Program-made: the position numbers and the translations under genes | Part shown: positions 13,270 to 24,989 of the stretch, piece by piece | How the letters are laid out: each line of letters starts with the position of its first letter | Position numbering within the stretch: position 1 is the first letter of the stretch | NCBI GenBank assembly: GCA_964016885.1 | Contig: OZ024748.1 | Coordinates: 53,072,001-53,136,000, forward strand | Length of the DNA: 64,000 bases | Reading direction: 5' to 3' | From: Eledone cirrhosa | Taxonomy: Eukaryota | The notes under the pieces: model-generated | Seen by the model: the letters and a program-made list of their open reading frames with translations, nothing else | Databases searched by the model: none | Told to the model about the DNA's origin: nothing

Positions 13270-14080
13270 ATAGAGAATCAGAGGTAGTGACCCTCATCGG
13301 TCATGAATGACCATGGGTGTTGCACCTAGAAAGTACCTCTCCAAGGTACAATGTTTGGACAAGGTCTTTTTGTAGAAGACCAGCTGTCACCGATGCTAAC
13401 CAGCCTCCCTTTTCCATGCCACTGATGTTGTCCACGAGAAAGGCAAAGGCCAATAAAGATTGTCACTAGTGACATCTCAACTCATATATGCACTATATAT
13501 ACATTATATACACACTATATAGACATTAAGTCTAAAGTCTGTTTAAGCCAGAAGGTTCATTTGGCCGGTGCTTATCCCAGTTTTATGACGTGAAGTAACT
13601 GAGAGTACAAGACTCCCCCCTGGACAGGATGTTAGTCCATCGCAGGGTTAAACCCGCAGCTATTGCTGGTACTCATTTTCAGCTGAGTATACTGGAGCAA
13701 TGTGAAATGAAGTGTTTTGCTCAGGAACACAACACGCAGCCCAGAAATTAAACCCACAACATTATGATCGTAAGTCCAACACCTGTACCACTAGGCCACG
13801 TGCTACCACATTATACAGTATATATATATATATATATATATACAATATGTATATATAATATATGCAGTATATACACTATATATGATGTCCAAGGAAAAGG
13901 TAAAGGCCAATGCAGCTTGGCACCAGAGATATCGTAACTTGTTTCTACAGCAGAGTAAACTGGAGAAACATGAAATAAAGTGTCTTGCTCAAGGACACAA
14001 CACATCACCTGCTCCTGGAATTGATCAAAGTCATAAACTGATGATTGTAAGTCCAACACTCTAACCACTAAGCCATTCAC
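13270..14080 (-). mobile_element. Cluster of tRNA-headed SINE copies and fragments (family 2-type heads, different tails)
   Basis: ctggagcaatgtgaaatgaagtgttttgctcaggaacacaac and taaccactaagcc heads near 13690-13810 and 13960-14075; the tail at 13530-13650 matches 46480-46595 on the opposite strand. Confidence 0.7.
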
Positions 14081-14663
14081 CTTTACTTTATAGTTTGTAT
14101 AAAAGCTTGTTTTATAATCAGACAACCTGAAGAAAGCCCAGCTCAGTTTTTGAAGTATGGTGTTAACCTAAATACATAATGGTCAGTTTTTTTTTTCACC
14201 AGATTGACAACATAGACCACATAAATCTACAGTGAACTAAACTATGAATTTGGTTTGCAATGCCCCCCCCCCTCCCCACACACACACACACCTCCAAAAA
14301 ACAATTAATTCCTTAATGAGTAAGTCAGATTATCAAATGAGATTATGTACTTTGTTTTTAATTTAGAATTTAGATTTGTAATTTTGTAATTAAAATTATT
14401 AATTAAGATTCATACAGAATTTGGAATTGCTGAGTTGATGAGTTGTCAACGATACAGCTGATGAGCTGTGAATTATTTTGTGTGTTATTATCGATGTTGT
14501 TGGTGTTGTTTGTTGGTGAATGTTCTCACTGAACATTTAGTGTATTATTGCAGACATCTTGCAGCAGAACTGAGGCGGAATAGCGTAGGAAGTAGATAGT
14601 TAGGTAGGTAGGTAGGTAGGTAGGTAGGTAGGTAAGTAGGTAGGTAGGAAGGTAGGTAGATAG

Positions 14664-15787
14664 ATTTCTTTATTAGCCACAAGGGCGCAACAAGAAAGGG
14701 GACAATACAAAGACATGCCAGGGATTTTACATACAGTCGTGTAAAAAATATAAAAACAAACAATTTCAACAATCGAAATCCCCAATAGGGGGAGGCGCCA
14801 CAAATGGGTTGTTTAATACCCCATCGATAGAACAACCCTCAACTCGAGGAGCGTGTTGTGCAAGTGCTCCTTTCTTCCTTTTGCTCTCTTCTTCAACCTA
14901 CAGGCTTATAAACAGAGAAGGCCCAATCACTCGGGCCATTTTCGCTTCATTCATCCACCTTTCAGTAAATTTACTGGGGTGCAGTGCCTCTCTCTCCACC
15001 CTGATTCTCCTTCTAAAGTGATACTTAAAGAAGGGAATCAATTGTTGTCCGGAGAGAAAGGCATCTGTCCTCAGTCCTCTCAACCTCGTCCACCATATAA
15101 CTTCTTTCACCATAGCCACCGTACAGAGGAAAACCGCCTCTCTTTCGTTTTTGAAATAGTCTGGCGGTTTGATCCTTACTATGGACTCGGCAGTCAACTG
15201 TATTTGTCCCATACGCGACAGCAGTTGTTCTGCATAGTTCCACAGGTCGCTTACGCCCGGGCAGTGTACAATTGCGTGCAGAACTGTTTCAATGTCCTGC
15301 GCACATCTTGGACACGTCCTCTTGGAAGGATCCCTGCCAGGGCGTCCGTGCCTGTAGATCTTGTCACGAACCGGTAGAGCTCCTCGGTAGCACTGCCAGG
15401 CCAGGGACCTCTGGAAGTTGTCCATAGGTCCTGGGCGGAAAGTCCTACCAAACAGACTGGTGAGCTCAGCGTCTTCGACGCCCAGAGTCTCTCCGAGCAC
15501 GTCGTCACCCTTGTAACGTACAATCCCTCTATAGAATGTCGAAGTGGAGTCTCCACTGATTGCTGCGCCCGCTTGCCAGAGGACTGTGAGCGCCTGAGCG
15601 CATTCAATGTGCCAGGCGCCCATCGTTTTCGGTCTTTTCTTCACCCAGGACTGCAGCTCCGTTAGCGAGACGAGCTGTGGGAAAGCCTGTCTCACAAACG
15701 GTGCCCACACTGTTTGGGGGTCGGTGAGGAATACCTGGAGATGCCGCAGCCTCAGCGCATGTTTGCGCATCATCAGCCACGGCAGGC
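14664..15787 (-). mobile_element. 5'-truncated Tx1/L1-group LINE: ORF2 C-terminus (zf-RVT-like) plus 3' UTR
   Basis: ORF 14898-15773 with WQCYRGALPVRDK and CPRC..ETVLHAIVHC (CCHC); AATAAA at the 3' end; embedded in (TAGG/TAGA)n at 14595-14664 and 15787-15890. Confidence 0.88.
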
Positions 15788-15984
15788 AGGTAGGTAGATA
15801 GGTAGGTAGGTAGGTAGGTAAATAGGTAGGTAGGTAGATAGATAGATAGGTAGGTAGGTAGGTAGGTAGGTAGGTAGGTAGGTAGATAGATACAGAGAAA
15901 GAGAGGGGGTATGTATTATAACAGAACTGATGGGGGGAAGAGGAAGTTGGCAGGAGAGAGGGAAAGAGAGATATTAGAGGGAAG

Positions 15985-16020
<36 letters not shown>

Positions 16021-16136
16021 TATATATGAGGAGGAAGGGGGCAGACAGAAGAAGAGAGAAAGAGAGAGAAAGGTTCATAATTAATCTGTAAACATTCCCT
16101 AGATTATTTAGCTGGGAATAGAAACAGGAGAGAGAG

Positions 16137-16366
16137 AGAGGTTCGAGACATTTATGGTGAGAATTTAAGGGAAGATTTGGCTACTATTTCTAGCAGACTC
16201 AGCAATCATTTAGAGAGAGAGGTTGGAGATATTTATGGTGAGAATTTAAGGGAAGATTTGGCTACTATTTCTAGCAGACTCAGCAATCATTTAGAAGACA
16301 TGTATGGTGTGAATTTAAGGGAAGATTTGGCTACTATTTCTAGCAGACTCAGCAATCATTTAGAAG
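16137..16366. repeat. About 3 copies of a 69-81-bp tandem repeat
   Basis: gaatttaagggaagatttggctactatttctagcagactcagcaatcatttaga occurs three times. Confidence 0.9.
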
Positions 16367-16729
16367 CAGAAGCTTCACTGATATCACACATTCCCTCAGT
16401 GGTATCTATGATGTAACAGTGGCAGTTTCTGTGATATCAAGGGTTGACTGTAGAAGTTAGATAGAAACTGATAAATAAACCACATGTTGATATCACATCT
16501 AGGAGACAACAATGACAACAACATAAACAGCAACAACAATGACAACAAGATGAATAACAAACACATGACACACAACAACAATAACAACAACAATAACAAC
16601 ATGAACAACAACTATTAATGACAACATAATCACCAAAAACAACAGCAACAGCAATGGCAATAACATAAACAGCAACAATGATGACAACAATATGAACAGC
16701 AACATCAACAGCAATGACGACATAATGAG

Positions 16730-17050
16730 TAATAATTGTTTCTACTCTTGGCACAAGGCCAGCAATTACCCAGTGTATTACTGGTACATTATTTTATCGA
16801 CCCCGTAAGGATGAAAGGCAAAGTTAACCTCGACGGGATTTGAACTCATAATGAGTAATAATTGTTTCTACTTTTGGCACAAGGCCAGCAATTACCCCAG
16901 TGTATTACTGGTACTTTATTTCATTGACCCCGTGAGGATGAAAGGCAAAGTTAACCTCGGCGGGATTTGAACTCAGAATGGCAAGGGATGTAACTCTCTG
17001 CGTCAAAGCATGGCGTCCGACCCTCTACCGATACTGCCAATCCACCGCCT
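16730..17050 (-). mobile_element. Two tandem SINE family 1 copies
   Basis: Matches the reverse complement of 58021-58212; cataatgagtaata recurs at the junctions. Confidence 0.85.
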
Positions 17051-17189
17051 CATAATGAGTAATAATAATTAATAACTGCATAAACAGCAATAACAATAAC
17101 ACAAATAGCAACAGCAACAAACACATGAAAAGCAACACAACAACAACATAATCAGCCACAATAATAACAAGAACAACATTTGCCAACAC

Positions 17190-17365
17190 TACACCTGCTA
17201 TTCCCCCTCCATACACACGTACACATGTATCTGTGTGTATATCATGACCCATACACTGCTCACTTTCCTGACATTTGTACATTATTCTCTGTAGTATACA
17301 TACACATTTAATGAGTTGTAATGCACCTGAGCACGGTACACAATCATTTTTATTTTCATTATAAT
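17190..17365 (+). mobile_element. 3' UTR fragment of CR1/L2-like LINE
   Basis: Homologous to 20770-20930. Confidence 0.65.
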
Positions 17366-18003
17366 TAAAACCTCTTTGTTGTCAACAGAGTTAGTAGCTC
17401 CCTAAACGTTTTGCAATTTGTTCTTATTCCAGCTACTCTGCATTCAGAACAATTACTTCCAGTGCTAATTGGGTTCACCTAAGTAAGAGGAGCTATTAAC
17501 TACTTCTATAGCACATTTCCTTTTAGTAATAGCTCTCTGTGCCTGGTTTAATATGTACGATTACTTGATGACAATTGAGGGGTTCTCACATACAGCTAAG
17601 CCAGCCAGTTCACTACCATGCCCAATATTAACAGGACCAGAGTTAGTCGTTTGATATTGCATGTTGTGCTAGTCAGGTTTTTTGGTAGAAGTTTTCTAGC
17701 TCTATGTCATTCCTACCACTTTACAGAATTGACTAGGTGCATTTTATCATGCCACCAGCACTAGAGAGACTGTTTGTCATGTCTTAAGAACAGTCTATGT
17801 CCTGTATAGCTTTATTTTTTGGAGTTACATATCTCCTAGAGGAGTTACCTTCCCTGCAGATTACAGACCTCACAACGTTTGAATTCATATGACTCCAGTT
17901 CCCCAGTGAATTAACAACCCAGCAAGGAACTGGGCATATCAGAGTATTGACAATATCATACACCTAAACAACATATGTACTTGTCTATACCATACTAATT
18001 CAA

Positions 18004-18058
18004 ACTGCCTGAAGAGGTCACAGCCAAAGATGGCTGTCACTGAAATATATATAGCAGT
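18004..18058 (+). ncRNA. Minimal type I hammerhead ribozyme
   Basis: ACUGC-CUGAAGA(18009-18015)-[GGU C ACAGCCA aaga UGGCUGU C ACU]-GAAA(18042-18045)-U AUAU A-UA-GCAGU, followed by AATAAA and a (TA)n tract about 50 bp downstream. Confidence 0.87.
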
Positions 18059-18102
18059 AATAAACGAAGCTAAATTTTAATCATTTGACTTTTATTTAAC
18101 TT

Positions 18103-18146
<44 letters not shown>

Positions 18147-18300
18147 GTGGGGAGAGTCATATTGATGTAATATTGCCAGAAATAATAACAGAACACACTC
18201 ACTGTTTGGTTGGTTTTCGCTTCTGTATCTTTTATATCTCCATAGTTAATTTATTTGGCAATCAATGTTTATCATTGATTGACCAGCGGTTAAAAATACA

Positions 18301-18334
<34 letters not shown>

Positions 18335-18341
<7 letters not shown>

Positions 18342-18388
18342 ATCAAAGTTCTTTCGTTGCACATCTGCAACATCATCAGTGGTACTAT
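18335..18388 (-). ncRNA. Degenerate hammerhead-like motif between (TA)n tracts
   Basis: Minus strand: auaguacca-CUGAUGA-u GUUGCA gaug UGCAAC-GAAA-gaacuu-ugauagacuau; stems I and III are imperfect. Confidence 0.5.
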
Positions 18389-18425
18389 TATGTTTCCTCC
18401 TGTTGTATTGTATGTCTACGCCATT

Positions 18426-18475
<50 letters not shown>

Positions 18476-18565
18476 ATGTATCTCTACATGTGTGTATGGA
18501 TATGTCTCTATATATGTGTATGTATTTATATGTATATAATGCATATCATATATATATATATATAT

Positions 18566-18890
18566 CATCATCATCATCATCATCATCATTTTACGTTCAC
18601 TTTTCCCTGCTTGCAAGGGTGGGACGGGAACTGATTCTGACTTGATTTCTACAGCTGGATGCCCTTCCTAACACCAACCTCATTTACAGTGAGTGCTGGG
18701 TGCTATTTTGCCGTGGCACCTCCACGACCACTTTACAGTGGAATAATAAGGAACCCAGTCCCTATCATCTCATTTCTACAGCTGAGTAAACTGGAGCAAT
18801 GTGAAATAAAGTGTCTTGCTCAAAGAAACAACACATCACCCGGTCTGAGAATTGGACTCACAACCTTTCGATTGCAAGGCCAATGCCTCC
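18566..18890 (-). mobile_element. SINE family 2
   Basis: Very similar to 2333-2671. Confidence 0.85.
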
Positions 18891-18962
18891 ATCCCATCAA
18901 TATTATGCAGAACCAACAATAACTGAGCATACACCGATACACAATATATATATAATATATTT

Positions 18963-19100
18963 ATTAAAATAACAGATTAAAGTTTAAGCAAAGAATCGCT
19001 GCTTCACCCTTAACAGCATTTCTGAAATTTTCAGTTAAGGGTGAAACGTTAAGGGTGAAAGCAGCGATTCTTTGCTTAAACTTTAATCTGTTATTTTAAT
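18963..19100. repeat. Inverted repeat (~52-bp arms) with internal 13-bp duplication
   Basis: 18963-19014 pairs with 19048-19100; gttaagggtgaaa is duplicated at 19034 and 19048. Confidence 0.85.
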
Positions 19101-19502
19101 TAATATTTGCTCTACAGTTTTATATATTTTTATATATATATATTATCCTTATTGAGCACACTTCGGATGTTAGTCTTCACATTTATTATTATTACTATAT
19201 ATATGTATCTATGTATGTCTGTGTGTATATATGTATCTATGTATGTATGTATATATATATATGTGTGTGTGTATGTATACAACATACAGAGCCTCGCTAG
19301 TCAAATGATTAATATCATGTTAAACATGCTATCTTTAACAGGAAGCCTTTCCTTATAAATTATATTTTAAGCTTAGCAATTAATTGTCGCTCCACCCACT
19401 CACTGCTCTATTTACCTACACACCGGCATACAATCTCATATATATATATATATATATATATATCTGTATATACACACACATATATATATATATATACACA
19501 CT

Positions 19503-19534
<32 letters not shown>

Positions 19535-19907
19535 CAGACACATACAGATATGTATATATATATATTACATATTACACTACTAGCACGGCACACATATACA
19601 CTCACACACACACACATATATATACACACTCATATATATATATATACACACACTCATATATATATACACACTCACACACACACATATATATATATATATA
19701 CAGACACATACAGATATGTATATATATATTACATATTACACTACTAGCATGGCACACATATACACTCACACACACACATATATATATATATATATACACA
19801 CATATATATATATACATACACACACACATAACTATAATCACTCTAATATAAACCAACATATGTAAACAGACATACACTTGTATAAACCTCCACAGGAGAA
19901 CAAATAT

Positions 19908-20043
19908 GATAGTAGTAGTAGTGGAAGTGGTAGTAGTAGCGGGGGTGGTAGTAGTGGTGGTAGTAGTGGTGGTGGTGGTGGTAGTGGTAGTGGTGGTAGT
20001 GGTGGTAGTGGTGGTGGTAGTAGTGGTAGTAGTAGTGCTGGTA

Positions 20044-20083
<40 letters not shown>

Positions 20084-20458
20084 CAGTGGTGGTAGTAGTA
20101 GTGGTGGTAGTAGTATTAGCGGTGGTAGTAGTATTAGCGGTGGTAGTAGTATTAACGGTGGTGGTGGTAGTAGTAGTAGTGATGGTGGTAGCAGTGGTAG
20201 TGGTAGTAGTGGTAGTGGTGGTGGTGGTAGCGGTGGTAGTAGTAGTAGTGATGGTAGTCGTGGCGGTAGCGGTGGTGGTAGTGGTGGTGGTAGTAGTAGT
20301 AGTATAAGTAGCAGTAGTAATAGTAGTAGTGGTGGTATTAGTGGTGGTGGCAGTAGTTGTAGTAGTAGTAGTAGTAGTCGTGGTGGCAGTAGTTGTAGTA
20401 ATAGTAGTAGCAGTGGTGGTAGTGGTGGTGGAGGTAGTAGTACTAGTAGTGGTGGTAG
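19908..20458. repeat. (GTA/GTG)n tract
   Basis: Trinucleotide repeats. Confidence 0.9.
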
Positions 20459-20601
20459 AAGAATAAGACAGATTGACAATTATGAAGGTCAAGGAAGACA
20501 CAAGGTTTCAAGTATGTATATGGGATGTTGTAATCAAGGAATTACTAAATTAAGAATTATTTATATTATACTCTCAGTTATTGTAGGCAGGTAGCATGCT
20601 A

Positions 20602-20654
<53 letters not shown>

Positions 20655-20919
20655 AACATTTTTTCACGTTCAGAGTTGCTGAAGCATGGAACAAACTACC
20701 TGCATCAGTTGTTAGCTGTAGAGACACTGCATCCTTTAAAGCCTCCATGCTTCCCAAGATCCACCAAGACTACAGCTAATGTTCCCCCTCCATACACATA
20801 CACACATGTATACCATGACTCATACACTATTCACTTCCCTGACATTTGTGTATTATTCTATGTACTATACATTCACCTTTGACGAGTTGTAGTGCACCTG
20901 AGCACTTTACACAATAATT

Positions 20920-20954
<35 letters not shown>

Positions 20955-20955
20955 A
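20655..20955 (+). mobile_element. 3' end of CR1/L2-group LINE with (ATT)n tail
   Basis: Translates to FFTFRVAEAWNKLPASVVSCRDTASFK, the typical CR1-group RT C-terminus, followed by a UTR and (att)n. Confidence 0.75.
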
Positions 20956-21020
20956 TAACTATGTAAAATTGTCTCCTGTGTTTTGTTTGTTTTATTTATT
21001 ATATATATATATATATATAT

Positions 21021-21300
21021 AAAAGCAAAGAGATATTTAATTTGTTGGTAATTCAACAAATATATTTATAACAGATTCGAAGCACTCAGCTGGTTTTCTG
21101 GAGTATAATATCAATGATATTAATAAATGGAGACTATATTTATAAAACCATATTTATTCTATTATATATATTTCAAGGGTACCAAAACTTTGGTACACTC
21201 TCATCTGATGAGAGCGTACCAAAGTTTTGGTACCTTTGAAATATATATAATAGAATGTGGTTTTATAAATATAGTCTCCATTTATTAATATCATTGATAT
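21021..21300 (-). mobile_element. Family A copy with fold-back centred inside the ribozyme core
   Basis: Palindrome 21108-21300 centred at 21206 (ctctcatc-t-gatgagag); TA repeats at both ends. Confidence 0.82.
21205..21256 (+). ncRNA. Hammerhead lacking the 5' strand of stem I
   Basis: CUGAUGA(21205-21211)-[GAG C GUACCAAA gu UUUGGUAC C UUU]-GAAA(21238-21241)-U AUAU A-UA-AUAGAAU. Confidence 0.75.
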
Positions 21301-21382
21301 ATATAGAATAAGAAAATGCAAAGTAGTTTCAGATGTTAAAGTCCATTAATGATAATGCTGTGATACATATTTCAATGACAAC

Positions 21383-21432
21383 AGCGGCGACACATTTCGA
21401 TGTACCCAGTGCCGTGACATCATCAGACAGCT
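21383..21432 (-). ncRNA. Decayed hammerhead-like motif
   Basis: Minus strand: agcugu-CUGAUGA-ugucac..guacauc-GAAA-ugug-UC-gccgcu; GAAATGTGTC would be the CpG-decayed form of GAAACGCGTC. Confidence 0.4.
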
Positions 21433-21586
21433 ACTTACATAATAAGGTTATGTTCCCAAGGTAATCCAAATTGAATCGACAAGGAAACGGACAAAGCAGG
21501 TCTTCTTGGGTCCTTCGTCTGATCCCTTGTGAGTCCCAATTCACCCGCTCCGGTTTGCATAGGAGAATTACAACAAAGTTAACCTT

Positions 21587-21630
<44 letters not shown>

Positions 21631-22023
21631 GGAGGCACATGGCTTAGTGGTTAGAGCATTGGGCTTGCAGTCGAAAGGTTGTGAGTTCAATTCTCAGACC
21701 AGGTGATGTGTTGTTTCCTTAAGCAAGACACTTTATTTTACATTGCTCCAGTTTACTCAGCTGGAGAAATGAGATGATAGGACTGGGGTTCCTATCATTC
21801 CACTGCAAAGTGGTCGTGGAGGTTCCACGGCAAAAAAGCACCCAGCCCACACTGTAAAGTGGACATGTAGGCGCCACAGAAAAAAAGCACCCAGCACTCA
21901 CTGTAAATGAGGTTGGTGTTAGGAAGGGCATCCAGCTGTAGAACTCAAGCCAGAATCAGTTCCCGTCCCACCCTTGCAAGCAGGGAAAAGCAGACGTAAA
22001 ATGATGGTGATGATGATGATGAT
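21631..22023 (+). mobile_element. tRNA-derived SINE family 2, full length
   Basis: tggcttagtggttagagc A-box, gagttcaattc B-box-like motif, CORE-like middle, and a tail matching the RTE 3' end plus (TGA)n. Confidence 0.88.
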
Positions 22024-22374
22024 ATATTTATATATATATTTATAAATACATATGTAGTCTTATTTTTATACTGCTCAGATTTAGACATAAACACAGACCC
22101 TTTCATAAGCCTTGCATACACACCCTCCATTCATTCTATATATATATCATATTTATTATATATATATTATATTTTATCTATATATTATATTATAAATACA
22201 TTCATACTCTCCAGACATTCATACACACAAATACTCCTTATATATATATATACATACATACACATGTCATCTTCATAATGATGTATATATATATATACAT
22301 TATATATATATAAACACTATTTCATACCATCAGCATGAAATATATACATACACTCTCCATGCGCACACACGTAC

Positions 22375-22498
<124 letters not shown>

Positions 22499-22588
22499 TC
22501 ACATATACACTATACACACATTATAGTAGCGCATACCATTAGCATGAAAGCCCTATGTATTTATATATATATATATTTTTTTTTTTTA

Positions 22589-23058
22589 CTGATAGTGGGG
22601 TTTAGAACCCTCAGAGACGTACATGGGAGTCGAACCCACATCTTTGGTTTTCCAGACCACTGTGCTACCATTACACCAACGCATCACCCATCTCCTTCCA
22701 TTCAAAATAGAAGTTACATTCTTAGCAAGTATGATGACAAGTAAGTATGTTTTGAAACAGTGAGCAAGTTTGAAATTAGAAAATAGAAGCTTTCACCGTA
22801 TTTTTTTACTAAAGAAATTTTAGCCTGATAGTGGGGTTTAGAACCCTCAGAGAAATGGAAAAAGATGAGTATTGACGTACATGGCATTCAAACCCACATC
22901 TTTGGTTATCCAGACCACTGTGCTACCATTACACCAACACATCACCCATCTCCTTCCATTCAAACCCACTATCAGGCTAAAATTTCTTTAGTCAAAAAAT
23001 ACAGTGAAAGCTTCTATTTTCTAATTTCAAACTTGTTCACTGTTTCAAAACATACTTA

Positions 23059-23061
<3 letters not shown>
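22589..23061 (-). mobile_element. tRNA-like element with partial tandem duplication and inverted arm
   Basis: Direct repeat 22589-22706 / 22825-22964; inverted repeat 22739-22835 / 22965-23061; TA-rich flanks. Confidence 0.65.
22616..22685 (-). pseudogene. tRNA-like cloverleaf, copy 1 (copy 2 at 22874-22943)
   Basis: GATGCGT TG GTGTAATGGTAGCAC A GTGGT CTGGAAA ACCAA AGAT GTGGG TTCGACT CCCAT GTACGTC: A and B boxes and T-arm intact, acceptor stem weak. Confidence 0.65.
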
Positions 23062-23093
<32 letters not shown>

Positions 23094-23095
<2 letters not shown>

Positions 23096-23288
23096 CGATG
23101 GAAGTGTGGTAAGGAACCAGATAGACCATAACGCACCAGAGTACTCAATACTTAGGGTAGTAGAGTGTGTAATAGGAAAATGTTTAACCCCGACGGCAGA
23201 GCTCAAGCCGTTTTGACGGCTATTTCTGGTCCAGAAATAGCCGTCGAAACGGCTTGAGCTCTGCCGTCGGGGTTAAACATTCTCCTAT
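23094..23288 (-). mobile_element. (TA)n-inserted fold-back element, family B copy 1
   Basis: Palindrome 23172-23288 centred at 23230, plus a unique ~78-bp arm. Confidence 0.85.
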
Positions 23289-23352
23289 ACATATATATAT
23301 ATATGGAAAAAATGAAATTTCATTTCTCACTCTTAGTACGGCTGATACTTAA

Positions 23353-23565
23353 ATATAAGTATGTATACGTACATACATATATGTATACAGACGTACAGTA
23401 GTATGTATATACATACATACATGCACACATATATACAGTATATATATATGTATGGATTTACCGAACATTTATTATAATGCATATATATATTTGTGTGCAT
23501 GCATGTATGTATGTATATAGATACTACCGTACATCTCTATACATATATGTATGTACGTATACATA

Positions 23566-23572
<7 letters not shown>
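23353..23572. repeat. Inverted repeat with ~78-bp arms
   Basis: 23353-23429 pairs with 23492-23572, including the non-microsatellite segment cagacgtacagtagtat / atactaccgtacatct. Confidence 0.75.
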
Positions 23573-23607
<35 letters not shown>

Positions 23608-24084
23608 TATACTCACACATACACATTATAGGAGTCTATACATTAGCATGAAATCCCTATGTAATAATACATATATATATATATATATACACAGATACAC
23701 TATACCATTAGCATGAAAGCCTTATGTATTAATTACATTTTAAGCTTGGCTCTTAATTATCTCCTGAAATAGTAACGAAGAAATAGACTAACCAAAACAA
23801 TTTAAAAAATGCATAAGAATAATAATAATGTAAAATGTAAAACAGCTAAAACAAGCCTGGGGGGTGAGGATGTCAGCTGGAGAGGGGGTGTCAGTTATAG
23901 GGGAGTCGGTGGGTGAGGATCTCAGCTGTGGTGGGTCAGGGGGTGTAAAGGAAACTTTGGTTTCTCTTTTTTTTTTGTTTGTTTCAATTAATTATTTAGT
24001 TTTCTTTGCTTTTCTTTTTCTGTTTTTTGTTTTCTTTTTAAATATATTTTTGGTTACTTGGATATATTATATATATTTATAGTT

Positions 24085-24930
24085 TGAGGTGTAGTATATA
24101 GTGGTAGGTGATGGTGTGGTGGTGGTGTAGTTGTGGTGGGTGGTGGGAAGTTGTGGTGTGGTGGTGGTTGTAGTAGTGGTGGTTGTGTTGTTGGTGGTAG
24201 TGGTGGTGGTAGGGAGTTGTGGTGTTGTTGTTGTTGTTGGTGGTGGTGGTATGGTAGTGGGTTGTGGTGGTGGTGGTGGTGGTGGTGGTGTGGTAGTGGT
24301 TGTGTTGTTGGTGGTGGTTGTAGTATGGTTGTGGTGGCTGTGGTGTTGTAGTGATAGTGTATTGTGGTGGGGCGTGAGTTGTGCTGTAGTGCTGGTTGGG
24401 AGTTGTGGTTGTGTTGTTGGTGGTGGTGGATGTGGTGGTGGTTGTGTTGTGGTAGTGGCAGTGGGTTGGGATTGTTGTGGTTCTGGTTGGGGTTGTGTTT
24501 GGAGTAGTGTAGTGGTGGTGTGCATGGTACTGATCAGGTGGTGGTTGTAGCAGGTGTTGTGATTGTGGTGGTAGTTGTTGTGGTGGTGGTGGTGGTGGTT
24601 ATGCTGGTAGTGTAGTGGTGGCGGTGGTGTGGTGGTGGTGGTTATGCTGGTAGTGTAGTGGTGGTGGTAATAATGCTGGTGGTGGCAGTGGTTGTGGTGG
24701 TTGTGGTGGTGGTGCTGTTGTGTTGTAGAGGTTGTGGTAGAAAATGAGATGCTGATAGAGATGGTAGAGGAGGTGGTGGTGGTGGACGTGATGTAGTGTG
24801 GTGTTTGTGGATGTGGTAGGGGGGGGGATGAGATGGTGATAGCAGTAGCTGAGGAGGGGTTAATGTTTGTGGTAGTGATGATGATAATGGTGGAGGATAT
24901 GGTGATGTTGGTGATAGTGACAGTAGCATG
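24085..24930. repeat. (GTG/GTT)n tract
   Basis: Low complexity. Confidence 0.9.
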
Positions 24931-24989
24931 TTGAAAGACTTCCTTAATAGTTCATAGATTATTGAATAGTACTGTAATATAGTGGAATA

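Noticed and set aside
22616-22685. Functional tRNA-Ser(GGA)
   Set aside because: There is no long variable arm, the acceptor and anticodon stems have mismatches, the second copy has a broken B box, and it is embedded in a repeat.
23094-23288. Family B (and A) as ordinary MITEs with TIRs
   Set aside because: The inverted repeats are not terminal on both sides, the centres vary between copies, and the arms share locus-specific variants.
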